Positions 49,631 to 62,496 are shown, counted from the stretch's first letter. The stretch is 64,000 bases of DNA from Octopus vulgaris (GCA_951406725.2 OX597827.1:39680001-39744000); one strand, 5' to 3'. Numbers and translations: made by a program. The notes: a model not told the origin generated them from the letters alone.

Positions 49631-50309
49631 CTGCCACTACTATTACTGTCTCTGCCAATCCTCATTTCAGGATATGTTATTAGCAAACTGAAATCCTCCA
49701 AATGTTAATTAATCAATTTTCCATGAACACTTTCTGATATTCCATTAATTTCATCAGCGAAACTTCCTGAAAATTAGCTTGGTACAAAGACAGACAGAAT
49801 AGAAAAATCTTACTATAAAAAGATATCACATGATAAGACTACGCAGTGGTAACTGCACAAAATGTTGAAGTTGTATGATGCTGCAATGATGCACATTAAC
49901 ACTGACAATAGTGGCCGCTGCTACTACTATTACTGCTACTACCTAGGTATTTGTATAATACCTCTGTCTATTGCATGTTTTCTACCCTGTTTATACAAAC
50001 CTAGTTTATAGTGAGCCAACAAGGGAGCCTTTAGGCAGTAACTCAAAATGCTAGAAATAGTAGCTAAATATCAGCCTACCATCTGAAAGATACAGTGTGA
50101 GTGAAGAAGGAAAAAACAAGGCGTAGGGTGGTCAAAAATGCAGTACCTATGATCACAGATGTACTGAGTAATGGGTAACTGGGGAAGGGGTTCATAAATA
50201 GCAATAACCTGGTTTGTAACCTCATTTAAATATTTATCTTCTAATACAACGATCAAGTTTACCCCAAAATTGAGTACACCCTGCTTCACTATGCAAAATA
50301 TGCCAGTTT

Positions 50310-50605
50310 TACATGTGTGTGTGTGTGTGTGTGTATATATAAATAAATAAATAAATATATATATATATATAAAGAGAGAGAGAGAGAGAGAGAGAGAGAG
50401 CTATGAAGGTATGCATATACGTGTGCATGTGTGTGTGTGTGTATATATATATATAGCTATGAAGGTATGTGTATATATGAATGTGTGTATATATATATAT
50501 TTATATATCTATGAAGGTATGTGTATATATGAATGTGTGTATATATATATATTTATATATCTATGAAGGTGTGTATATCTATGCATGCATATATATGTGT
50601 ATATA

Positions 50606-50657
<52 letters not shown>

Positions 50658-50790
50658 CATTCATAGCTATATATAAATATATATATACAAATAAAGGTAT
50701 GTGTGTATGTATATATACGTATGTATATATCTATCTATATATGTGTATAGATATGAATGTGTATATGTGTATGTATTAATATACACATGT
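50310..50790. repeat. Compound microsatellite with ~52-bp higher-order unit (ctatgaaggtatgtgtatatatgaatgtgtg...)
   Basis: ctatgaagg recurs at about 50401, 50457, 50509 and 50561. Confidence 0.85.
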
Positions 50791-52783
50791 TTACATTGTG
50801 AATGAATGGATGGGTGTCGTGTTGGTTTTGATAAATGGGGTCCCAGTTATTTATCTATCCAACTACACATTGTATGATGGTGTAAACGGCTGAGTATTCC
50901 ACAGACACTCTTACCCGTTTAAACATAATCCTGAGACAGGCATGTCATTGCCTTTGCATGTGTATGTCAAAACTGGACCTTTTGAATGACAGCTACAATG
51001 CATCCTTCTAATCAGATTCCATACCGTTTCTTTTGACCCAGTTTCAGTCAGAAGGCTTGGGTCAGTCTGCAGGTCTTTCCTGAAGGCCTCTGCAGTGGGA
51101 TCAAACCCCGAGCAATAGGGATGAGAAGCAAACTTCTTAACCAATCAGCCTTGCATCCAACTCTGGAAAAGTGACTTAAAACCAAGTAATTCATATTCTT
51201 TTCAGCTGAGTCCCCTGTTCAAACTGTAAGTAGGCACCATGGAGATTGAACTCCCCACTGTAGGAGGTGGTAGCACCACAAAATTTCAAAGGGGCTCAGT
51301 AGCTGAAATTGCTGAGCTCAACTCTCTCTATTGGGAAATTATCCTCAATGCTATCAAGAAGGGTGGCACAGAGGGTCAGTTACCCAACTACCCATCTACC
51401 CTATTATCTAACCCTACATATAGTGATGTTGAAAACAACAGTAGACATTTGTGTCAAGGTTGCATTCATCACAGACCCTGGGAAGATGAAGAATAGGGGG
51501 AAGGAGGGACTAATAGGAAATACATGCATTTGAGAGCCTCCACCACATGTGTATGCGCTTACAGACCCCGAGATATATCATCAAAGTAAGACAAAAAATG
51601 CACACACACACACACACACACCGACACACAACACACAAGAGTGAGGGAGAGAGTGAGAGACGCATAGAGAGAGTTGAATATTAAGAGAGACATACAGTCA
51701 GAGACACAAAGAAAGAGAGATTGAGAGAGAAGCAGTATATTTTCTTATCTATTTACAAACACATTATATTATCCAGTTATACGTATGTCATATGACATTT
51801 TACAAAGCCATTTTACATGTTTGCTTATTTATCATAATGAACTCTTCACTCATGGTGTATCTTATTGTGGGGACTCTAGGGAAACTCATAAATAATTTTG
51901 AGGAGAGAGAGAGAGGGGGGAAAGGAGATGGTTATAGAGAAAAAAAAAGACTGAAAGAGAGAGTACATGTATTTGGCAAAATGAGGATCATGATTTCAAC
52001 TTCTTGGAGTCTCATCAGGTGTTGAGTAGCCAAGGTTATGCACCCTCCCTCATTGAGTAATGAACAGCATATAGGTAGTCTATGGCCAGTTGTCAGACAC
52101 TGGTGTAAGCTTAATATTAAACAAGGGAGAGTGATTAAACAAAGTATAATGCTGTATATCAAATATATTAGCGGTCTGTATAATGTTGTGTTTAATCTGG
52201 TTATAAAATGATTTGAGGATTAAAATATCCAAGTTAGACATTGAGACAGAAATAGAAAAAAAGAGAGAGAAGGATGGGAAGAGAGAGCAGGAAAGAGGGA
52301 GAGGAAAGTAAAGAGAAATAGAGGAGAGAGGGAGAGAGAGAGAGAGAGAGAAGTACGAAAAGAAATAGAACAAGAGATAGAGATAAAAGAGAAAAGAGAG
52401 AGATCTTGGGAAAAGAAAGAGAGGTTGGAAAAGAAAAGAAGGTGGGTAGAGAGAAAGAGAGAGAGAGAGACATGTATAAAGATAAAGACAAAGAAATTTT
52501 TAAAAAAAGTGAAATAACAAAAATAGTGAGAAAGTAAGAAAGATATAGAAAACATAGGAGAAAGGAAGGTGTTTTAAATGAGAGAAAGAGTGTGTTGCAG
52601 GGCACGTGTTTGGAAACTAGAAGCTTCTGATTTCATATCTATTTGGATTTTCATCAGACCTGTCTATCCAAGGCCACATGTTTGCTCTCTCTCACTCTCT
52701 CTCTCTCCCTCTTTCTCGCCCGTTCTGTCTTTCTCTCCTCCTGGATGTTCAATTAAATACAAACTATCATGTAACATAACACT

Positions 52784-52846
<63 letters not shown>

Positions 52847-53390
52847 GGTTGAAAAATTATCTGAAAACACTTTGAATCATTTAGAAACTAGGAGATAAAA
52901 TTTTGCTCAGGAAAGTTTATTTTCATTTTCTTTTTGCTTTCCCCCACCATCACCTTCAGCATCACTAGTTGAAAGTGAAGCATATCACCTGTTTCCCGTT
53001 TTACAGTAATTAAACAGTTTACAAATTATCAATTAATATGTGTGTGTGTGTGTGTGTAAAGAAAAACTGTGTACAAATGTGTGCGAGTATGTAGCTACAT
53101 GTGTGTGCATGCAAACACACATACAAACACACACAAAAAAATGAGAGAAAAAATAAGGAAAAAAACCCCACCAAGAGCAAAATCCAAATTAACGAGGAAA
53201 AATCTATTGATATCTCTCTAGTTTAGTGATACAGAAAGGCCGGAATTTCAGCTGAGTGGATGAGATATCAAACTATAAAATCATGGTTTGCGAGTTCATC
53301 TCCTGCTGCAGAGATGTAAACATTTTGGAGTATTTCAAGAGTAAGAGAAGGAATGCGGTGATGTGATGTGAGAAGAATTAGTGTGCATCT

Positions 53391-53780
53391 TCTTTTACTT
53401 ACTTCAGTCATTTCTGCAGCCATGCTGGGACACAGCCTGAAGAATTTTAGCTGAACAAATCAACCCCAGTACCTATTTCCATTTTTTTAAGCTTGGTAGT
53501 TATTCTATTGGTCTCTTTTGCCAAACCACTAAGTTACAGGGACGTAAACACACCAACACTGGTTGTCAAGCAGTGGTGGGGACAAACACAGACACAAATA
53601 TAAATATATATATATATTCAATGGGCTTCTTTCAGTTTCTGTCAACCAAATCTACTCATGAAGCTTTGGTCAGCCTGAGGCTATAGTAGACACTTGCCCA
53701 AGGTGCCATGCAGTGGAACTGAACCTGGAACCATGTGGTTGGGGAGCAAACTTTTTACCACACAGCCACACTTGTGCCTG
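53391..53780 (-). mobile_element. SINE family A
   Basis: cttttacttacttcagtca...gggcttctttcagtttc...cacttgcccaaggtgcc...ttaccacacagccacac. Confidence 0.88.
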
Positions 53781-53804
53781 TTTTAGATAGTGCTTTGAAA
53801 ATTA

Positions 53805-54200
53805 AGTGCTCGAGTACTGATGGTTACAAGTGTCTTGGTATCAGTGGGTACGAGTGTTTTAGTATCAATAAGAACAGGTGTCTGAGTATCGATGGGTACA
53901 AGTGTCTGGATGAATACAAGTGTCTGGACAGGCACAATTGTCTGGACAGGCACAAGTGTATGAATGGGCACAAGTGTCTGGATGGGCACTAGTATCTGGA
54001 TAGGCACTAGTATCTGGATGGGCACTAGTATCTGGATGGGCACAAGTGTCTGGACAGGTACAAGTGTCTGGATGGGCACAAGTGTCTGGACAGGCACAAG
54101 TGTTTGGATGACTACAAGTGTCTGGAGGAGTAAAATTGTCTGGATGGGTACAAGTGTTTGGATGAGTACAAGTGTCTCAGTACTGAAGAGTACAAGTTTT
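53805..54200. repeat. Minisatellite: 24-bp units at the edges, about 16 18-bp units (gatgggcacaagtgtctg) in the middle
   Basis: Directly visible; translates as (WMGTSV)n, (DGHKCL)n or (QTLVPI)n. Confidence 0.95.
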
Positions 54201-54384
54201 TGAAGATTTGACATGTTTCAACCACCATGTTTAATAGCCTCATAAAAATTTTTTTTTAAAGTCTGATGCCATCCCTAACAAAAGGAGATCAACACTCCCT
54301 AAAAAGAGGTGATCAATGACCCTGCCACATCAGAAATAAAAACATGAGGTTAACAATTTTCAAAAGATTAAGGTTTGTTTCTTT

Positions 54385-54752
54385 TTGTTTTTCTTTTTAC
54401 TTGTTTCAGTCATTAGATTGTGGCCATGCTGGATTGACCCCAATACTTATTAATTTTTCTAAACCTGGTACTTATTCTATCGGTCTTTTTGCTGGACTGC
54501 TAAGCTACAGGGATGTAAACACACCAACTCTGGTTGTCAAGAGGTGATGAGGGAAAAACAGAAACAAAGACACACATATATATATATATATGTGAAGAGC
54601 TTCTTTCAGTTTCTCTCTACCAAATCCATTCTCAAGACTTTGGTTGGCCTGAGGCTAAAGTAGAAGCCACTTGCCCAAGGTACCATACAGAGGGACTGAA
54701 TCTAGAACCATGTGGTTGGGAAGCAAGTTTTTTACCACACAGCAATGCCTGC
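54385..54752 (-). mobile_element. SINE family A with internal deletion
   Basis: ttttacttgtttcagtcattagattgtggccatgctgg...gcttctttcagtttc...cacttgcccaagg...ttaccacacagc. Confidence 0.85.
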
Positions 54753-55449
54753 ATCTATGGGTACAAAAAATATCAGTTGGTACAAATAAATACTAAAAAA
54801 AAATTCACTAAAGAAAGTTTTTTTTCTTCTTCAACAAAGGAACCCCACCTGATTAATTAGTTCCAACCTATTTCACAAGACAGAGAATTCTACAACCATT
54901 AGAAGCCATTTTATAAAAGAATTTCAGTAACTTATGAAGTTAAACAAACTCTTATGGTAGACTGTAACAGTTGACACCTCTCACTTGCAATGGTTTAATT
55001 TTCCAACAGGAGAAAAAGAAAAAATAACTGTTTACCCTAAAAGCCCTAAATACAGTTTTAAAAAGGCCTGAAGAGGAATTAACATAGTTGGCAGGAATGT
55101 GGGATAAGTGAATTCAAAGAGCCAGTATTCAGCAATGGAACAGTCTTGACACACTTACAAAAACCAGATAGAAGCCAATTTGTATATCATAATGTAAATT
55201 CCAGAATCTGAAGAAAATGGTAAGGGTGTGGGTCAATTACAAAAGAGGAGAGTTAGTGGAATGTTGAATAAGACTCATCTCCATGTAGAGAAGAAAGTTA
55301 ATTTTCCTTTACCACCAGCCAGGCAAACAACTCCATTTTTTCTACACTCTGTTGAAAGGCAAGTGCCTTCCACTTTTCTCAGCAACAAAACTTAACAAAA
55401 CTTACTCAACATTCCACCAACTCTTCTATGTCACAGCTTGTTCCAACAG

Positions 55450-55563
55450 AATTTTGAATCAACATCACCACCACTGCGATGTATCACACAACCATGGGCA
55501 GTCTCAAGTGGTTTGATGTCAAAAGGCTTGAGGAGTTGACAAACAAGCCCGGAGCCTTTAATG
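55450..55563 (+). CDS. Candidate start-codon exon, (MYHTT)MGSLKWFDVKRLEELTNKPGAFN
   Basis: Acceptor-like ttgttccaacag; ATG 55479 in frame with ATG 55494 in strong Kozak context (acaaccATGG); donor-like AATG|gtgaac followed by very AT-rich sequence. No homology recognised. Confidence 0.3.
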
Positions 55564-55742
55564 GTGAACTAATGATCAAATATTTTGAGTATTTAAATTA
55601 ATTTTATTTGTTAATTGATCATGATATAATTAGGATCTTTTTCCTTTTTTCCTTTTAATTTCCATATTTTTATTTTTTTTATTTTTTATTTTATCTAGTT
55701 TCAGCTCACGAGCTGGGGCACCGCCATATATATATATATATA

Positions 55743-56109
55743 CTAGCAGTATCGCCCGGCGTTGCTCAGGTTTGTAAGGGAAATAACTATAAAGCATTTT
55801 TAGAGAGTTATAGCCAAAAAATAGAAAAAAAATGGTAAATTTTTTTTGAGATTTAAAAAAGGTGGAGTTGCGTCCCCTAGACAGTTTGTGGTTCGTGTTT
55901 CTGATTCTCGACCCCATGTCGAATTTATCGATTTTTTTCAGAACTGGGGGAACTTTTCAAAATTTTCGCTGCGTTAGTTTTGAATTATGACATTGGGCTA
56001 TGTGTGTGTCAAGTTTCATCAGAATCGGTTGAAAGCCGTGGTCAGGGTGAGGGTACAAGCAAACAGACACACAGAAACATGCACAGACAAACTGCCGTTT
56101 ATATAGAGA
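55743..56109 (-). mobile_element. Non-autonomous Helitron (~367 bp), young
   Basis: Minus strand: A|TCTCTATATAAACGGCAG ... CCTGAGCAACGCCGGG (subterminal hairpin) CGATACTGCTAG|T. Has 5'-TC, 3'-CTAG and an A/T insertion point inside (TA)n; many CpGs retained. Confidence 0.85.
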
Positions 56110-56504
56110 TATATATATATATATATTAAAGCTAAAATAGCTGGTTTTAAAATTTCTGATAGAGATTCAAGTAGTATCAATACTAAGCAGTTATGTTTGT
56201 TGCCACTTTTGCATGGCTGTTCCATGCAGAACAATGTTACTACATTTTAACCCTAGGAAAAGATCTTTTCCAGTTAGTTAATGACACAACTTATGACTGC
56301 TATATTGCCAGTAAGGGAGCAAACCATTCTCCTCCGGCATAGGAAGACCAGTAGACCAACCAGTTTCTGGGTGCACACCCATCCTCAGATGCTTGCCTGC
56401 TAGAGTCACTCATGCCAGTTCGCAATATATAAACAAATAAGTAACAATCAGTTGCTGATCTTGCAAGCTAAAGTAGCTGGTTTTAAAATCTGTCATATGT
56501 ATGT

Positions 56505-56518
56505 ATGTATGTATATAG

Positions 56519-56568
<50 letters not shown>

Positions 56569-56712
56569 ACAGGAGGTTTCTTTTAGTTTCTGTCTACCAA
56601 ATCCACTCCCAATACTTTGGCTGGTCTGAGGCTATAACAAGAGACACACGCCCAAGGTGCCACACAGTGGGGCAGAATCCAGAACCATGTGGTTGGGAAA
56701 CAAACTTCTTAC
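56505..56712 (-). mobile_element. SINE family A, 5' half
   Basis: tttagtttctgtctaccaaatccactc...gcccaaggtgccacacagtggg...aaccatgtggttggg. Confidence 0.8.
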
Positions 56713-57670
56713 CTGTACCTATAATTGATCAAAGTTTAATTAAGATCTTTTTTTCTTTTCTCTTTAATTTCCATGCTAAGAAGCAGTTAGGTGTCACCAT
56801 AACTTTTGGTGTAACCTTGAAAGGTAATAGTCTGTGGAGACGATCGTCACAGGTGGAATATGTTGTTAACCTCTCCCCACCACCTATACATGGTATTTTG
56901 AATGTATGTTTATTTTTTACATGTTGCTAAGTTACAAAGATACTACTGCAGTTAATGGACATACCAATACCAACAACTTTGGGTGGAGTATCATTTTATA
57001 GCTTTGACTCATCAACATAGAGCAGTTGAAATAAAAAGTTCTTTAAAAATAAAATGAATTAAAGAAAAAAGGAACTATTTCTCTGAATTCATTGCGATTA
57101 GTTTTTTTAATTTATTCTTACTTCTTTAATATTGTAATTTATTTTTTCTTACTTCTTTAATATTGTAATTTATTTTTTCCCCCCAAGACTTTAAAGCATT
57201 CAGAAGTTTTTATAAATGATAAAAATCATCTTTAGATTCTACCATTTTTCTCAAAGCAATTTTCAAATGAATATTTAATGAAAAAAATATCTGTAGTTCA
57301 AAGTAAAATCTAAAATTTCTAGACATATCAGAAAAATAGATATGCATTGTAGATATATGTAATTATATCTTTATCTTTTTGCTGTAGTTAACATATGTAA
57401 AACTTTAAACAAATGTTATCTTAACTATGGGAAAAAAACCCAAAGACATACTCTGTTACACAAACCATTTATCAATAAGGCGGGAAGGTGTAATCTATAA
57501 TGGAAACACCATTTGTATAATTTGTACCAAGTGTATCCCTGCATGTCATGAGAGGTGACCAAATGGGTTAGCATCACAAAGGTCATCCAACTGTAAAGCA
57601 ATTCTGCAAAAAACTTTCATCCAATTCATGCCATCAAAAGTACAAACAAATGTAAAACTGCTGATGGTAT

Positions 57671-58025
57671 AGGCACAGGCATGGCTGTGTGGTAAGAAGC
57701 TTGCTTCTCAATCACATGGTTCCAGGCCCAGTCCCACTATGTAGCACCTTGGCCAAGTGTCTTCAACTATTGTCTTGGGCCAATAAAAAGCCTTGAAAGT
57801 GGATTTGGTAAACAGAGTCTGAAAGAAGCCTGTCCTGTGTGTGTGTGTGTGTGTTTGTCCTGCCATCACTGCTTGACAGCTGATGTTGTTATGTTTATGT
57901 CCCCGTAAATTAGCAGTTCAGCAAAAGAGACAGGTAGAATAAGTACTAAGCTTTAAAACCCTTCAAGGCTATGCTCCAGCATGGCCACTGTCAACTGACT
58001 GAAACAAGTAAATGAATAAAAGAAT
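57671..58025 (+). mobile_element. SINE family A
   Basis: aggcatggctgtgtggtaagaagcttgcttc...ctccagcatggccac...gactgaaacaagtaaa. Confidence 0.88.
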
Positions 58026-58042
58026 ATATATATACATACAAT

Positions 58043-58419
58043 AGGTGGAGTGGCTGTGTTATAAGAAGCTTGCTTCCCAAACACATGGTTCTGGGTTCAG
58101 TGCCACTGTCTTCTACTATAGCCTCAGGCTGACAAAAGCTTTGTCAGTGAATTAGGTAAATGGAAACTGAAAGAATCCTGTTGAATATATGTGTATATAT
58201 ATATATGTATGTATTTGTGTGTCTGTGTTTGCCCCACCAACAGCCTTGACAGCCTATGTTGGTGTGCCTACGTCTCCATAACTTAGCAGTTTTGGAAAAG
58301 AGACCAATAGAATAAGTACTAGGCTTACAAAGAATAAGTCATGGGGTCAATTTGTTTGACTAAAGGTGGTGTTTCAGCATGGCCACAGTCAAATAACTGA
58401 AACAAGTAAAAGAATAAAA

Positions 58420-58422
<3 letters not shown>
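58043..58422 (+). mobile_element. SINE family A (tandem with the previous copy)
   Basis: ggagtggctgtgttataagaagcttgcttccc...cagcatggccacagtcaaataactgaaacaagtaaaagaataaaag. Confidence 0.88.
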
Positions 58423-58469
<47 letters not shown>

Positions 58470-59227
58470 GAATGTAAAATGCACCAATAAGTGTTAGCTT
58501 GATCTCCAGTGTACCATGAAGTCAAAACAATTGAGAATTACTGAGAGTGGTTGTAGCATGTTGGTGAATGGAGGTTTACCAGATAGATGGCCTTCAGTTT
58601 TTTGGGAGAGGAGTGCAGCAATGTGTAAGAAACATAGCTAATGTTTTTGTTTTTTTTAAGAGACAGCAAGTGAGGAATCCCTGATGACAGAGGGGGGAAC
58701 TTCTTATCAGATGCCTTATAGTCCCTCATTCTTTGGTGATGCATACAACATCAGATGTTAGATAATTTCTCTCAAGGTGTACCAACAGCTCTCACCTTGA
58801 CAGAACTGACTTTGCCTGAAACCAATAATGAAATCAAAGACACTACCAATAACAGCACCAGGCCCTTGTTCTTTTGTTGGATAGCTAATAATATGGGCCA
58901 ATCTAATTATGAAGGGAGAATATGTTGTCATCCCTGTTTAAGTAGTGATGTTTGCAAAGCCTTTGCTTGTGGAAGCAAAGCATGTTTGGCACGAGGTGTA
59001 TCTATGTTGCATGCAGGAAAGACGCCTGTTGTATTAAAAACTGTTATCAAAGAATGAGGGGGGGAAACTATTATCTGCATGGGGGAGGGTGGGTGTATGG
59101 GGTGGGGTTGGAGTGTTTGATGTAACAACAAATAGGTCATAACATAAGAAGAGAAAAGAAAGGCGGTGGGGGTAACCAACTGAGGGAACACATTATACAC
59201 AGCTGTATCAACACAGCCATATCAGCC

Positions 59228-59259
<32 letters not shown>

Positions 59260-59899
59260 GTGCATACACACAGGTGTGTGTGTGTGTATTTATCAACATA
59301 ATGTAAGATGATGTAACAATGTTATATTCAGGCTATCAAGGTGTTTAAGTTAGATTTGAGAAGAGGAGATATTCAATACCGACTTTATCTTTGTGATAAA
59401 AGAATCTGAACACACTTGTATAAAACAGCCTAAACCAACTTTCTACAACAGCTACATGCGTAGGTGTAGGTATAAATGTGTGTGTGTGTGTATGCATGTG
59501 TGTGTTGTGTATATATGTGTAGGTGTACTGTGTATATGAGAGTGTAATGGGTATACACACACAGACACATATGTATATGTATATATAACTCTGAAAATAC
59601 ATATAATAATGATTAAAAAGCAACAAATACAATGAAGAAAATTGGTGAAAATGCTGGAGAATAACTGCATAATACACTGAAAAATTTATTGATCACTACC
59701 ATATATAACTAATGTCTTAAGCGTTCATAGTATGTGGTGATCTCACACCATGTGTAAACTAACTATTAGAGCACAGTTCATATAAGCATAAGACTGATTT
59801 ATTCCAACCTCACCACACACAAAATTGATAATTTGAATAAAAAGAAAATTATTCAGTCCAAGACTATTCATAAGAGAATGCATATGTAGCATCTAATGT

Positions 59900-62496
59900 G
59901 CTATATTTTGCATACATAGATCATGCCTGCACAATATGACACCAACTGAAACAAGTAAACCAATACTCCTTGTAAAATTATGGCAATTTTAAAAATAAGG
60001 GCCTTAGTTTACTCCTCAAGTCTCACGAATAAATCAGAAAAGCATAAATGGATGTGAGAGGAATATATTTTTATTCAGCATGTGTATTTTACAGTATAAC
60101 TAACCAGAAAATGAAAATGGGACAATATATTTGTATAAAACCCAGAAATTGAAATAGAATATTTGAAAGAAAGAATACTTTATGAAACACAAGTTATGAA
60201 TACAAAACCACTAATAAAAAATCAAAACAGTGAGACTACAAATCAAAAAGATAGAACTAACATATGGAAAATGAAACAAAACACAGTAAGTTGAAACTCT
60301 ATACACTTACATAATATAGACCAACAAAAATACCAACCAGAACAACATAAACAAAAATATGAATGCAAGGGGATATGAGGAAGGGTTAAGAATAGGAAAT
60401 TCTAATGGTGGAAGTCATGACCATGACAACCTAAAGCTGGAAATAATTCAAGAATTAAAAACAGTAGATTTCCTATGATTAAACTCATCGCCCAATAATA
60501 AGACTTGATAAAATAACAATAAATAAAAGAGACTTAAAACAAATACATTAACATCACAAGCCTAAATTAAATAACAAAAGCAGCAGCCATTGCTGTTACA
60601 AAAGAAATTAGGTTTTCCACTCGGATCTACTTCAATGGGAATATCAAGACTCAGACAAACAACTCAGAAAATAAATATACAGAAAAAGAGAGAAAATAAG
60701 TGAAAAGATCTCTCAATCCTTCATGAAATCAATAACAAAAGGACAAAACTAAAAGCAAAAGAAAAAATACTACAGCAATATGATATAACAAAAAAAAAAA
60801 AAAAAGAAGTATCTGAAATCAAAGAATGCTTCAAACACAAAGAATCCTTCAGTATGGAAAACAATGATTCTTTGAACAAAACACTGTAATTTCACCCTAA
60901 AATGATTTTGTCAAGAACTTGATAAACATAAAATAGAAATCAATACAGAATCTACAGCAGAAGTTGAAGAATTGGGTGGTGGAGGTGGTGGTGGTGGTTG
61001 TGAAATTGCATCAGCAGCAAAGGGATCACCATGGACAAGATTGCATAAAACAATGAACGTTGAAGCTAAACAAACACAGGAGGTCGTAACCATAAAAGAA
61101 ATAGCCCCTATACTACAAAATTAAATAGATAAATAAATAACTGGAAGGCACTAAAACAAAAGATACCAAACGTCTGACACATAAAGTGCAAGCACAAGTT
61201 TTTAATGAGATACTAATGAAGCTGGAAGCAACACTTTCGACTGGCTTACTGAAGGAAAACCCATTTCAATCCTCAAGAGTAATGAAAGAGTAAAGCCTAA
61301 AGACTATAGACTTGTAACCTGCCTTCCTACAACCCACAAATCCTTAACTGCAATAACATAGCAGAGAGTGAAGAAGCATCCCAATAATAAAAAGCAAAAA
61401 CAAAACCCATTTCCAGAAGAGCAGAAAGGATGCTGCAAAGGCTCATGTGGTTATAAAGCTCAATTACTGATTAACAAAGTTATAACTGAAGGAGAAAGAA
61501 GGGTCTGAACACTGTAAGGATTCACTATCAAAAAGCTTTTGATAGTAGTCACCACAAGTGGATCTTGGAAGCACTAGCTATGAGTAAGGCAGCACCAGTA
61601 ATAAAAAGATATATAAAACATGTTAGAAATAAATGGCAAAAATTTTGCAGATGCAAACCAAAATGGGAATTATATAAATGAAACATTATGTAAATGCAAC
61701 ATCTATTAAAGGTGAAAATTCCCAAGGTAACTCCCTTTCCATCTGGCACTGATACTTTTTAACCAACATGTACTGAGATTAGATACATTACTCTGGTAAG
61801 ATAATCAACCATCTTTTGCATGTTGTTGCCTTCAAACTGTATGCTGCAAATGACAAACAACTAGAAACACTACTGCAGACAGTCCATGAATATACCAGAG
61901 AAATTGATATGAGATTTCAATAAGAAAATGTACCTAGGCAACCTTGAAGAGAGGAAAATTAATTAAAAACATTAATACCATGCTAAGTACAGAAACTGAG
62001 ATAAGGGAACTAAAATAAACACAGACATATAAATACTCAGGAATCAATGAACTAGATAGTACACACAAGTGAAAGAAAAGATTGAAACATGAACAAAACA
62101 GAAAACCATCTTCTGTTTTCATAGAAGCCAACAAATATAAAACAAAGATTGCAACAAAAGATTGTTATGAAGGAAAAGCAGTAACAACAGAAAATGGGGA
62201 AAGGCTAAAATTTAAACTAAGGAAAAGGAAAGCCTCCTAATTTAAGTATGACTCCCAAAAGGTAGTATTGTATTGTTCAAAGAAATGGAAAATTCATCCA
62301 AATATAAAGATCTGGGAATTGAGGGAACTTCATTGAGACAGTTGATAACAGAAATAATCTCTATTACAGGGCTTTGGAAATGATAAAAAAAATCATGCAG
62401 ACATATACATAGGCAAATCCCAGGACTTACAAATATGCAAAACATATAGAAAATAGCATAGATAAGGCACACAGAGTTGTGCTTAACACTGCAGTG

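Noticed and set aside
53805-54200. CRISPR-like array
   Set aside because: Units are contiguous with no unique spacers, there are no cas genes, and the context is eukaryotic.
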